Assembly (NCBI GenBank): GCA_021613535.1
Contig: CP075493.1
Location: 14,942,001-15,006,000 of the forward strand
DNA length: 64,000 bases
Direction: 5' to 3'
From: Adineta vaga
Lineage: Eukaryota; Animalia; Rotifera
Positions 39,643-52,458 of this stretch are shown piece by piece. The notes below the pieces were generated by a model. The model was not told the DNA's origin and did not search any database. It was given only the letters and a program-made list of their open reading frames with translations. The stretch's first letter is position 1; every line of letters begins with the position of its first letter. The position numbers and the translations under genes were made by a program.

Positions 39643-40833
39643 TCAGTGCCCGTAAATTGTGTGACAACAGCTACACGATGATTTCGAAGAAGAATATTTA
39701 TTACATTGAAAAATTCTTGACGAAATAATCGACTTGATAAACAATGAATATAGAAGGAAGCCTAAAATTAAGCATATTTTCGAAGAAAAACAAATCTTTT
39801 TGTGTTAAACTTACTGCATAATTGATTGAAGCAACTAAAACAGCAAAATTATTGAATTGAAATAATTGTTCTAATGTCAATCTAAATCTTAAAACATAAG
39901 TCATAAGAATATAGAAGAGACTTAACGGAATTTGTGTAATAAAAAAAAGAAAAATACTCGATATCATAATTAATAAGATTTGTCGATCGAGAAAAATGCG
40001 ACGTCCACGTGTTAGTTCTGATTTTTGTTTTTGTTGACGACGAAGTTCAATAAACATGTTTATACTAAATCCGAGAAAAAGTATTGTTGGCAAAACTATT
40101 TGAAGAATCGTTATTAAAATTGGCCAAATCTTTTAAAAACATAATTGAGAAATATTTGATAAATTAATATGAAAAAACTTACAGTCATATAAAAGTATTG
40201 ATATGTTGGACTTGATGTTAGACTAGCAGAACATACAGTTGCACCACTAACAACATTTATGAATGGTAATGCTAAGTGACAATTGAGCATAGCAGAAATA
40301 ATCACAATGACACATGTACCAATAGAAACTCTTTTTCGTGTACAAAGTTGTTTAACTCGAAAGGGAAATCGAACACGAATCCATCGATCAATTGTTATTG
40401 TTAATAAAAGCCATGCTGTACAACACATACAAAAATATTGAATAAATGAATAAGCACGGCACAATTGATTCATCAGATTTGTATTTGTTGTTGGAATGTT
40501 AAAACCAAGAAAAATAAAAGTATAAAAACATGTTAATAAATAGATGAAATCGGATATTGTCATATAAATGAATAAACTACTTGTAGATACTTTACGAAGA
40601 GTTTGACGATGAAAGATGGTAATACTTATTGAATGACCAAAAAAACCAAAAACAAAAAGAATTAAATAACCATACAGAACAACATTTCTTTGAAGAGGTG
40701 TTATGGCAGATGAACCAAATCCTGGTGGAGGACCCATTCCACCACCACTACCACCACCAGGAGGAGGAGGACGAGGACTCATCCAATTATCACTACCTGG
40801 AGAAACAGTGCTGTTGTTGATATCGCTATCCAT
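39643..40833 (-). CDS. Class A GPCR with Pro/Gly-rich N-terminus (3 exons)
   Basis: TIDRW; TM helices; introns after FYMT and NYA; last exon ASFYIHCLSSRLFRQEF. Confidence 0.85.
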
Positions 40834-40899
40834 TTATACGTGCAAAGTTGAAAGAAGTGAAGAATATTTACCATATATATATATGTGATGATTATTCAA

Positions 40900-40942
40900 T
40901 GTCGTAAAACTGTCGTAAAACTGTCGTAAAACTGTCGTAAAC
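40900..40942. repeat. Tandem 11-mer TGTCGTAAAAC x~4
   Basis: Direct inspection; ~70 bp upstream of the GPCR ATG. Confidence 0.9.
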
Positions 40943-42334
40943 AGATGTATGTATGCATTTGTATTTGATAATCATCATATCAATTGTAAAAAGGTTAATT
41001 AGTTGTTCAAAAGCACACACAAATCATATAAAACCAGAGAAATATGCGAAAAAAAAACCTTATGACTTCTATCGACCAACGAAAATGAAAAAAAGCAATA
41101 GACTTATGCAGGTTAGATAACTTTTAAAAACTTTTGTTAATTAATCTAACATACGTTTATCGATCATAATATATTGTCTTTTTTTCCAGATATTCATCAA
41201 TTGATCATTATGAACGATAATGGAAATATTTGTATCGAAATTTTCAAGATCTTATTTACATAACAATATATTTCTCTTTATCTGATCAGATGAGATTCTT
41301 TTTGACGGATAAGTAAAAAGAATCTTGCCTGAGAATCAAGAACAAAAAGAACCTGGAAATAATAGGCCAAGATCGTCGATTAGTAAAGAGTTAAGTTTTT
41401 GACATTTTTACCTTAAATGAATTGTGACAGATTTTTATTAAAATAAAGTGACTATTCTCTTTTCTTATGACAAATCAAATACAGACAAAATATATAATTG
41501 TTTTTTTTTTCAAATTCGAATCTCTATGCTTGTCCTTTGTATAACAAGAAATAACAAATAACTTTCTTCGAATCTACTAGAAATAATTTTAGGTTCGATA
41601 TTAATTTTCAAAAAGGTATGGGTGAAGAGAAGAGTATTACCTACACTCTCACGATATTTTATTTGACATTCTTGTTTTCGCTATGCGTGAATGAAAAATT
41701 ACATTATTCTTTATCATATTAGAAGCTTATTAGTAATGATTTCTTTCATGTGGTACGTTAATTTATGGTCAAATAAATTTATTTATCTCTCTTTGTTGTT
41801 ATCTAGATATTGGTGATAATATCGACACACCTCTGTTAAATGACAATGACGATGAAAAGGCATCATATATAAAAACATTTGCATCTGAAGGAACAGTTTC
41901 TGATAAATAGCAGTGATAATATTTTTGGCATTATAATTGACAATTATACTAATTTTTTAATCATCTATAATAATGTAGTAAAACATTTTTTTTATTCGCT
42001 ACAATTAATAAATTTGTTATACAAAGTGTGTTTTTCTATGAAATCCAATCTTAATGTATATTCAGTAATCATCTATATAGTTACCTTTAAAAGATAAATG
42101 AGAATTGTGCGTTTCGATTTTATTCTTATACTTACACACTCGCTATCTCAAATGATAAGCACATAATAAAAGAAGCGTGTAAGTTCCACACATTTAAGAA
42201 CTCCAGAAAGAAGTATGTGAGTTTAAAAGTAAATTGAAGATTTAAAAATACTTTCATATGAATAAAGAGAATCGGAGCTTTTTAAGAAATATTTATTTTT
42301 TTTATTGTAAAATAGAATTTAATTATTGAATTTA

Positions 42335-42914
42335 TTGTGTCATCAATTGTTGTTCACGATTCGCACAATACGCAACATAGTGAAGCCAACGACATATATG
42401 TGTGCATGCCATCGATACTTGTTTAACACGTTCTATTTAACATTCATCTCAAGCTAGAATCGATGTAAGTCGAGATAATTGTTCTTTATTAACTTTGCTT
42501 ATATCAAAACATAATAGCATATTCAAAAATTGATCATTCATTAATTTCTTGGCATCTGCCCATTCGAATCTGGTTTTTGTAGGTTCAAATAGAACTGCAA
42601 TACCTTCGAAAACCAATTGACAAACTAGAGGTGGCCTGGAAAATGATTTTAGCTCTACTATTGAGCTCTTCTTAATCTGAGACAAGTGTTCCTTTGCTTC
42701 TAAATACAAGATGTATGTATATAGTTAAAGATTCATATAAAAGTCTAAAGATATTGAAATATTTACGTTGTAAAGAATCGGATGTTATTTCTTCGGTAGC
42801 GTTTTTTGTTGTCTTTTTCTAAATACCATGTACGAATGTATAATAAAAAGAAAAATAATATAAACCTCCGTTTAAATACAAACAAAAAGAAAGAATTTCA
42901 AACGATGACGCCAT
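42335..42914 (-). pseudogene. Stand-alone dynein heavy-chain stalk/microtubule-binding-domain-like mini-gene with two in-frame stops
   Basis: IVELKSFSRPP..CQLVFEGIAVLF...WADAKKLM..QFL..L..FD...ILA*DEC*IERVKQVSMACTHICRWL resembles the dynein MTBD. No flanking AAA exons. The 5' end is inferred. Confidence 0.65.
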
Positions 42915-43484
42915 ATGGATGGTTGTGATTGATGTTGAATGAATCAGGCAAAGAAAATTTCGTTAATCTTACAAAAGTATGATTGTATATTCTTCAGTTA
43001 ACATATATGACAGACAAGTAAAAAATCATCGTATAGACATTCGCTATTGTCTATTACAATAGATTATCGAGTAAAAAAATAACAGATATAAAGTTAGATC
43101 GATGTCATTTCTATATTCATCTCGTAACTATACATTCAAGATTACTGCAAAAGGTCTCATCTAAAACTTCTATACTTCTTTGTCTGAAATGCATCTATTT
43201 ATGTTTTAAATAGAATAAGATGTCATCAAAAGTTTTGATAAAAGCATTGAGAAATTAATTAAAAGTGTCTATTTTGTTCAGATACTTCAATAAGAAATCC
43301 TTTTATTAAACACAAATCATACCTGCATCTTATCATATTATGTATGATTTAATGTATAGAAAAATATTTATTTGATTGGATTTTTTTGTTCTTTGATGTT
43401 ATAGGAATATACGATCTGAATAGAAAACGTACTGAAGAAAATACCCTCCCACTCACACCCTCAAGATCAACTCCATGTTGACGA

Positions 43485-43793
43485 TTAGCAAACAGCTCGC
43501 TTTTCTGCTTCATCACCTTTATACTGAAAACAGCTGCCACATGTTCGATCCCAATAACATTCGACGTCGACAGTACATTGTTGCCAAATTGATCGCTTTC
43601 CAGTAATTCCATACATTTGAGTGTAACACTATCAATCACCGCCATTTGCACGGGCTGCATCAGCATAAGCCCAGCAGTAACCCTTGTAACAGCCACAACG
43701 TCCTCCGTCGCAATCACCTGCAGCTACTTTATCTATCATCATCCCAAAGATGATGAACGCACTGATAGTAACGAAAAGAGTTAATTTGAACAT
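43485..43793 (-). pseudogene. Small secreted Cys-rich protein (Tha p 2-like pattern) interrupted by tandem TGA TAG
   Basis: MFKLTLFVTISAFIIFGMMIDKVAA-GDCDGGRCGCYKGYCWAY...GGD**CYTQ...WQQCTVDVECYWDRTCGSC...AVC*. Otherwise the frame is clean; TATA-like sequence ~43886. Confidence 0.75.
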
Positions 43794-44743
43794 AGTGATT
43801 GTTAACTTAAAATGAAAGGAAAATATTTAATTGAAAGAACTTCGCATATTATAATCGAATGAGTGATGATAATATCATTTTGTGTATATAAACGGCATAG
43901 AGCACAAAGAGATACGAATGATTGGTCGAGAGTCATACATCTAGGTCAATTATCTCTCTCCCATTGTTTACCTTCGTTCAATATAGGATGATCAACTGTG
44001 TGGCCGGATAAAAAAGTTGAAGATCAGAAAGGGCGATTTTTACAACTTAGAGGAAACTATGTTTACATGCTGGTGCTCAATACTTTATTTTTAAACGTCA
44101 GCCATTTCACTGTAATCGCGACGAGTATCTATGAATGAATAGCTACTCTTTTGCGGAAAGCTCCTTATTTTCATTAGTATTCGAGATCATGATATTGATG
44201 TATTTGCTGATGATGTTATTTCAGTCTTTTCTTCTCCAGTATCATCTTCACTCATATTTCATGTTGTTGATTAGGTCATTTTATTTAATTGTGCAATCTA
44301 CGATAAGATCGAAACAAGAGAATTATCAAAACTTCAGTTCACTAACTGACTGTGAAACTCAGAAATATGTTCAGATTTCAAAAACTAACTTTGCTTACTT
44401 ATCAGAAGATATGACCTTCTTGTTCGCAATATAAATATACATTATTATTCAACAGGATATTAAAATGAACAAAAACCAGCACATTATATAGAAGGATACA
44501 CGTGTGTGAGTCTTTCGATTGTCGATACACTCAACACGAATATTAACAGAAGAAAAAATGAGAAAATCACGTCACACAATTCATCATATAATTAAAGTTG
44601 TGTAATACAATTATTTACAGTGTTATGTTCTGATTCGAAGTTTACTATGCAGGATTAACATGATCAATCATTGACAAAAAAGGACAGATATTATTCGTTT
44701 TAAGTTTGCTTATTGGAATTTAAAATCTTTCTAATTGATATAT

Positions 44744-47239
44744 TTATGTTACAGTAGAATGCCGTGGAACTTTGGTGACAATAACTCCACTTTTAACATG
44801 TGGTTTTTGTTCTTTCGTAACTGATGTACTTCTTAACTTGTTTGGAATTGATGATTTTCTTTGAATTTTATCATTGTTTTGTTGTACAAGTTCGATTTCA
44901 TTCGCTTGAATTATTGATATTGATGTAGATCGTGATTTTTCGTTCGAAATTGTCGATAATCTCTTAATTCTTTCTTCTCCTTTATTCGTTCCAACAATAG
45001 TAGTTATCGAATGTGCATCGGTTTCTGTTTTGATATTGTTATTCATGGATTCAACTGGTTTTTCATTCTTATTAATTCTTATAATATTCACTGCTTTACT
45101 TTGTTTAGTTAAAGATAATCGTGAATTGATATTCTGTTCAGAATTTCTCATAGTAGTGAGAGAGTTTGAAGGATTTGCATTGAATGAATGTAAAGGTATA
45201 TCAGATGGTGATGTACGTTCTATATTATCATTTGTAGTTAATTGATTATAGTTAAATTGTTTCTTTCGTATTTTTTCAACTCCAAGTATTTGATTAAGAG
45301 GATGATTATTATCAGACATATTTCGTGGAATTCTTGGTAAAATTGTATTCTGTTGATATTCATCTTTAGTACTTCTTTGTCGACGACGTCTTCCTAATGG
45401 AACCCTATTATAAGAGTATAAATGAGATTTTCTAATGATATTTAGAGGAAGAAAAAGAAAAAGACTTACCAATAGAACCAGTACAAACAGCAACAACAAG
45501 AACAACAAAGAGCGAGAAGTAGAGCCAATAAAGATAAACCCACAATTAATGGCCAATCTATGAAGCGTTTTAAAGATATAATAAACATAATAGAGAGAAA
45601 AAAGATTTTATTTACTTGTTTCTTTTGTTGTTTCTTTTGTTTTTCTAAAGAAATAAAACTTATAAGATTTCTATTTGATAGATTAATTACGTACGTAGAT
45701 TTTGCGCATGACGAAACTGACGATATAACATCGAATGTAACACAATATTGTTGAGATTGTATTTGTTCACTAAATAATTTCAAATAAAAAGGATTAATTA
45801 AAAAACAATAAAGATTTACTCTGAATAGGCCAGTGTACAGAATTGTTGAGATCCAAGTTGATTTATTTGAGGTTGCCAAGTAAATGTAACATAAGATATT
45901 GATGAATTTATTGATGAAGTCACAAGACTACTTATATTCATACCAGAAATTATACTTGTTGCAACAATTGTATCAATATTTGAGATAATTGGATCACATA
46001 AAGTCATTGCAGATATATTAAATGTTATTAAAACACCGACTTGTACATCCAAACAATGATCAAGAGAAAGAATAATTGGTGCTAATCCGCATGGTGGTTG
46101 AGCCATAACGTAAATTAAAAACTGAACAGGTACTGAACTCATTGAAACATTACTGTTACTATCAATAAAATCTTCAACCTGTAATAAATAAAAAAGTTCA
46201 ATTATTCAATTTTGATGTTAAGTAAAATAAATGTTTTCATTTTATTTACTTGAAGAGCAATTCCATACCAAGTATCAGGTATAAGACCAGTAAATGATAT
46301 TGTACATCCAGTTAGTGTTGTTGTATTAGGTACACTATTCGGAAAACAAATTCCACCACATTCATCAATAGGTTGACGATTTGGATATGATATTGTCGTT
46401 TTTAATGTACCTGGTATTTCAGTTGTCGTAGTTCCAATCGGACAACCCCCACTTATAGAACATTTTCTACCACTACAAATCGTACCTGCACATCCTGAAC
46501 ATGAACAATAACAATCATATGCACATGTACTTCCACAATTTGAACAATAACTTCGTCTTTTTTTTCTAATATGAATCATTTGAGAATGTTCTTCTTCATT
46601 CGATCGTTTTCGTCTTCGATAACCTGGTGTAATACGTGACCATCTACAACGTATATCATCACCTGAATTGGCATCAGAAACCGGAATTGTTATTAATGTT
46701 GTTTGATTAACAATTGCATATTGTGGTGAAATAATATTTGCAACAGGTGGTGTATTAATAAATCCATCAGGTCTCATTCGAAGATCAATTGAACAAACAA
46801 TTGACCATTCAAGTCCACTTTCTGCAGGATCATTTAATGCAATCCATGCAGTGCCAACATATGCAAGATAAAAATGTGCATATGCAGTTAAATTAATATT
46901 TACTGATCGTTGACTTGTCATCATACCTAATGATGTACTAAAACTTTGACAATCAGTTAAAATATCAATTGGATTTGCTGAATAACCACCATCTGTTGAA
47001 CAATCAGTAACACATGTTAAATTTGTATTTTCATTACTTCGACCATTTGTTGTTATAGGAACATCATTAGCACAAGATATTGTTGGATAAGTCCATGAAT
47101 ATGTTTGAATAATGTTTATAGAAACTATACTTGAATTAATCGTAGGATTAATTGGTTCCCATCGAATTGTACCACCATTGAAATGTCGACCAAGAACAAA
47201 ATTCGAAGAAAAAAATAAGAAGAAAAAGAAATTTATCAT
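44744..47239 (-). CDS. Single-pass secreted/surface protein (HFNGGTI N-terminus, Cys-rich region, TM, Cys string, cytoplasmic tail)
   Basis: Signal MINFFFFLFFSSNFVLG; RRRKR/RKKRR furin-like sites; exons in ORFs 46202-47239, 45816-46142 and 45466-45879 (TM WPLIVGLSLLALLLAL, CCSCCCCLY), last exon to 44744. Confidence 0.75.
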
Positions 47240-48709
47240 TGTCTTTGATTGTCGACAAATGAAAATTTCAAAGAAAAGTGTTCTATAGTATCGATTGTTA
47301 ACGCATAAAACTGTCGAAATTTCATTCTTATTTTATAACAACGCAATAATGATTTTGTAGTCAATCGTCTTTTTTTCTTTTTCTTGTTTTTTAATTATGA
47401 AAATCAAATAATACAAAAAAAGAAACAAATGAAATTAGTAGTTTTCTTTTGTAAACCTTGTTATTTCTATTGAAAATATTAGACAATAAAAAAAAGTACA
47501 CATATTTTAATTTAAATACCTTCTTCTGAATTAAATCGCTCATTCTAAATCGTTTAATGGGAGAAATCAGTAGATTTAATCACGAACGAAATATTTAAGT
47601 GAGATTATTCAAAATGAAAGTCAATAGAGGGTGTTTTTTTCTCTTATTTTCATTTTCTAAAGATAGAACTGCTGTTTCTATTTATATTATTGTAATCAAG
47701 TTCGATTGATAGATGTTTTTAAAGAAATGGAAAGTTTACTTGCACCTTTTGTCTAGAAAACTAAAGAGATCGTTTCAATTAGTGAAATAACACCTCGATT
47801 AATTATTATAGTTCATTGATCTGTTACAGAACATATGATTGGATGATTATGTCTTTTCAATGAATTTATCCGACATATAAAGAAAAAATTTGTAGATTGT
47901 TCTACTCTATGCTATTCAGATTGCAAATAATCTCGTTTTGTCAAATGATTTATCAGTGGTATTCGTAGAACGAAATGCATATTGGAGAAAATTATCCTCA
48001 AATATCAAACTGATAATGGACCACATACACATGTCGATGATTCAGATCATCTAATCTTTGAAGTTTTTCTAGTTGTGATCGTTATTTATTGATTATGAAA
48101 GAAAGAAAGAGCTTGTATTATGCATACATCTAAAAACTGTCTTAATTACACTTTTTCGACAGTTATCGAATGTCGAATACGTAATGTTCATTTTTTAGAT
48201 ATTTTAGGTGACTGACAACTTCTCGGAACAAAAGAGAACGACTAAGGAATTTTACAAAATCAACCGATTGTTATAATTTTTCAAATTATATCGATAGAGT
48301 TTTGCCCATCTTAGATCCGTACATTTCGCTCAGATTAAATAGTCATCGATAAACTTCTGAAAAACTTATGGGTGACGTGGGTATGAGCAACGGTTAAACA
48401 TCACACCCACATCCAGCGCGATTATTTTAGAAATCGTCCAAATCGTCTTGATTTCTATAATATGGGCACAACTACACTTACCCATATATCTTATGATTTC
48501 GACATTTCTTTTTTCTGTTCTCCGTCAAAAGTTTTATTTATTTATTTTTCGAAATTCGCTTTCCTATTGGATCGTGTCCTTCACTTTTTCGTGCAAAAAA
48601 GAAATTGCACAATCACGACGAATGCTGAATGTATACTGTCAATAAATCTTCATCACGTGTTTATATAAATACATTCTTTTCTAGGGAGATTTGTATCGCT
48701 CAAAAGAAA

Positions 48710-50910
48710 ATGTCTGGCAATATTATATTTTCTTTTCAAACATTACCTATTGAACTTGTTTATCGTATTTTGGACAATCTCGATCAACTAACAATTTTAC
48801 TTTCAATGCGTGATGTTTGTACACGATTAAATTCAATTATTGACACATATTTTCAATATAAGGTAGAATTTAACTTGGGTTTTTTAAGTAAAAAAGTCAT
48901 TTTATTTGAATCAAAAGTGATAGAAGAGATTTGTTGATGAATTATAATCGTTTGACATTAAATTCTTTTCTTATTTTTCATTGAGATAGACTTCTACTGA
49001 ATTAAATCTTCAACACAAAAAAATAAGTTGTGCGAAATTGATGCAATTAGCCACTGCATTACAAACGAATACGGTGAGACAATATTTCTTTGTATATCTT
49101 ATCATTATCATCTAATATAGACACTTACAACTTTGCATCTTGAAGGTAATACAATAGACCTGGAAGGATTAAAATATTTGACAAATGCATTAAAAATTAA
49201 TAAAGTCAAAACAATTTTCTTTTATATCTATCAAATATTCCTTAGTTTTATTTTATACAGACTCTTACAACATTGTATCTTGTTTCGAATAATATTGACG
49301 GCAATAGATCACAATACCTAGCCGATGTTCTATTAAAAAATTCGGTGAGATAGTTATTCTTCTTGATTATATTACATATTCATCATTATCGATGGATATA
49401 TTAGAAGTTAACAACATTACATCTTTCTTCGAATAAAATTGGTGTAAAAGGATCACAATATCTAAGTAATGCTTTACAAACTAATTTGGTGAAATAGTTC
49501 TTTCTTCCTCTACTTTATCACGTATTTCTTATTATCATTTAATACAGACACTTCAAACATTAGATGTCAGGTCGAATGAGATCGGCATAGAAGGATCAAA
49601 GTATTTAGCAAATTTATTACAAATCAACAGGGTCATCCATTTTCTTTTTCTTTTTTTTATTATTATCATCATCTATTTATTCTTACTATTCGATATAGAC
49701 ATTGACAACACTAGATATTGGATGGAATCGAATAAGTTTTCAAGGAGCAAAACATTTAGCGAATGCTTTACAAGTTAACAAGGTGATAGAAGTTTTGTTC
49801 ATATTGATTTCATTTTTATTGTTTTCATTTAATATAGACACTGATAACATTAGATCTTAGAGAGAATGAAATTGGTATACAAGGAACACAATATCTGACT
49901 GATGCATTAAAAATTAATATGGCAACATATTTTCTTTTCTTGTCTATTATATATTCATTCTTATCATACAATATAGACACTCACAGCACTTATTCTTGGA
50001 GGAAACGAAATCAAACCAAAAGGAGCGGAATATTTAGCCAATTCATTAAAAATGAACAGAGTAAGACAATTATTGTGCACATATAATATATTCTCTGTTA
50101 TTATTCAATATAGACATTGACAATACTTGATCTTAAATGCAATGAAATTGGTATAGAAGGATCATATTATTTATCTAATGCCTTGAAAATTAACAAAGTC
50201 AGTTATTTTCTATTCTTAGCTATGCAATATTGATTCGATATAGCAGACATTGACAACATTGGATCTGGGATGGAACAAAATCGGCATCGAAGGAGCTCGG
50301 TATTTGGCAAATGCATTACAAATAAATATGGTTAGATAATTTCTATTCTTATCTGTTACATATCTATCATTGTTATTCAACATAGATACTGAAAACATTA
50401 GATCTTGAACACAATCAAATCGGCATACAAGGAGCACAATATTTGTCTAATGCATTAGAAATTAACACAGTAGAAAGTTTTATGTTATCATTCATCATTT
50501 GTTTGTTGTTATCATTCAATGTAGACACTTACAACGCTTATTCTTGGAGGAAATGATATTAGTAATCAAGGAGCACAGGACTTAGCAAATTCTCTGCTAG
50601 TTAATAGAGTAAGAAAATGTTTTTTCTCATATATCGCTTGCTATTCGATGCCATTCAACATAGACACTTCTAGTATTAGATCTTAAATGGAACAAAATTA
50701 ACGATCAAGGGGCAGAATATTTTTGTCATGCGTTGAAAAGTAACTCTGTAAGACAATGTTCTATGTCGTCAATCATTTATTTACTATTATGATTCAATGT
50801 AGACACTCACAATGCTACAACTCGAAGGAAATAGCATCAATGTAGACAATTCACAATACTTACCTCATTTATTACAAACCATTCCGAAACGAATTCAGCT
50901 ATCACAATGA
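48710..50910 (+). CDS. F-box + ribonuclease-inhibitor/NLRC3-type LRR protein built from 84-nt exons
   Basis: TLPIELVYRILDNLD (F-box). About 13 phase-0 exons of 28 codons (TLTTLDLxxNxIGxxGAxYLANALxxNx) plus a terminal exon. One GC-AG intron at ~49922. Confidence 0.9.
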
Positions 50911-51079
50911 AGAAACAATGTTTTCTATCTATAAAACATTTGACTATATTTTAGATAACATCATATATTGCATAGTTTTGTTTTCTATAATCAAAATTTA
51001 TTAGCCAAAACGTGTGTGTGAAGATATGATATTTACATATCAATCACATCCACAGCCACTCTCCAGAAGTTCTGTAATA

Positions 51080-52267
51080 TTACAAATTGGATTGATAATG
51101 ATTATAATTGATTATTAAAAGATTGTTTTTTTTAATATGATCTATAGTTTGACATCCACATAACATCATAGCTAATCGAAATTCTTTTTTCAATATATCT
51201 AATACTTTTCTAACACCTTGCTCTCCATCAACTGCCAATCCCCATAAGACTGGTCGTCCGATAAGTACTGCTTTAGCACCTAATGCTAGTGCTTTCAAAA
51301 TATCTGTTCCTCGTCGTATTCCACCATCAATATAAACGTCTATTTGTGAATTTTCTGTATGAATAGCATCAATAATATGAGGTAATGCATCAATTGCACT
51401 TATACATGTATCTAATTGTCGTCCACCATGATTCGAAACAATAATACCTTGTACAGAATATCTAAGAGCTTTCCGAGCATCATCAGGGTGAATAATACCT
51501 TTAAGAATTAAAGGTAATGATGTGATTGATCGTATCCAATCAAGATCTTTCCATGATAATGCATCATCCTCTGATGGTGCACGATAATTTTTAGCAAAAT
51601 CACTCGTTTCATCATCATCGATCATATTTTCAGCTTGAATTCCATTAGGTAATGAAAACTGATTCCGATCATCACATTCTCTGTTACCTACAACACATAA
51701 ATCAACCGTTAGAACTAAAGCTTTATAACCCGAATTTTGGGCTCGTTCGATAAGTCTTTTAGTATATGGACGATTTTTTAATACATATAACTGAAACCAT
51801 AATTGCGAAGTACTATGAGGATAATTTGTTTTAATTTGTTGTTGATGTTCTTCAGCAATAAGTTCCATACGTGTTGATGCAGCAGTACTAACACACATTA
51901 TTGTTGAACAAGCAACAGCTGCTCGAACAGTTGCCAATTCTCCATGTTCCCTATGAGCAAGTCGATGTAATGCTGTCGGAGCAATAATACATGGAAACGA
52001 AATTGTCGTTGTAGAATGTAAAAGTTGTGTTTGACAATTGAGAGAATTTTCTGTTTTATGTGATGAGACATCAATGAGTATTTTTGGACGTAATTTTATT
52101 CGATGAAAAGATTCTTGATTATCAATTAATGTTAATTGATCATCTGAACCATTACTATAAAAGTCATATGTCATCTTGTCTAATTTTTCTTTTGCTCGTT
52201 GATGATAATCTTCTACATTTAATAAAGCACGTGCTGAGTTGTTTTCTAATACTTTGTGTGGCCACAT
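51080..52267 (-). CDS. HAO1: FMN-dependent alpha-hydroxy acid oxidase (glycolate oxidase/HAO-like), peroxisomal
   Basis: APTALH, WFQLY, LTVD, LKGI, SNHGGRQLD, DGGIRRGTD, GRP; C-terminal SNL (PTS1-like); intronless. Confidence 0.9.
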   Translation of the reverse strand: MWPHKVLENNSARALLNVEDYHQRAKEKLDKMTYDFYSNGSDDQLTLIDNQESFHRIKLRPKILIDVSSHKTENSLNCQTQLLHSTTTISFPCIIAPTALHRLAHREHGELATVRAAVACSTIMCVSTAASTRMELIAEEHQQQIKTNYPHSTSQLWFQLYVLKNRPYTKRLIERAQNSGYKALVLTVDLCVVGNRECDDRNQFSLPNGIQAENMIDDDETSDFAKNYRAPSEDDALSWKDLDWIRSITSLPLILKGIIHPDDARKALRYSVQGIIVSNHGGRQLDTCISAIDALPHIIDAIHTENSQIDVYIDGGIRRGTDILKALALGAKAVLIGRPVLWGLAVDGEQGVRKVLDILKKEFRLAMMLCGCQTIDHIKKNNLLIINYNHYQSNL

Positions 52268-52458
52268 TCTTTTTTTGTATGTACAAAGCAAAATGTCTAA
52301 TTCAATACATTCTTTATTCTTTCCTATGATGTTAAAAGATAAGGGTCGTTATTTATTCTACTCTTATCTCTATGAAGATGAATGAAAGATTTTTCATCTT
52401 TTCAAATAGTTCTTTATCGCATTGTTGATGAATTGAATAGCACAAAAGAAAATGAAAG

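Noticed and set aside
41268-41394. Possible degenerate piggyBac-like MITE ending ...AGTAAAGAGTTAA
   Set aside because: Left TIR too degenerate and no left TTAA; insufficient support.
42335-43793. Alternative genetic code or selenocysteine to explain in-frame stops
   Set aside because: All three stop codons occur both as lesions and as normal terminators; the TGA positions do not align with Cys; frameshifts co-occur.
47660-48080. Coding-like fragments (also 14790-15170 and 44140-44430)
   Set aside because: Probably gene relics, but no continuous frame or recognisable motif could be established.
48989-50810. Regular ~140 bp periodic repeat/spacer pattern resembling a CRISPR array
   Set aside because: The repeats are 84-nt coding LRR exons flanked by AG/GT; no cas genes; eukaryotic context.
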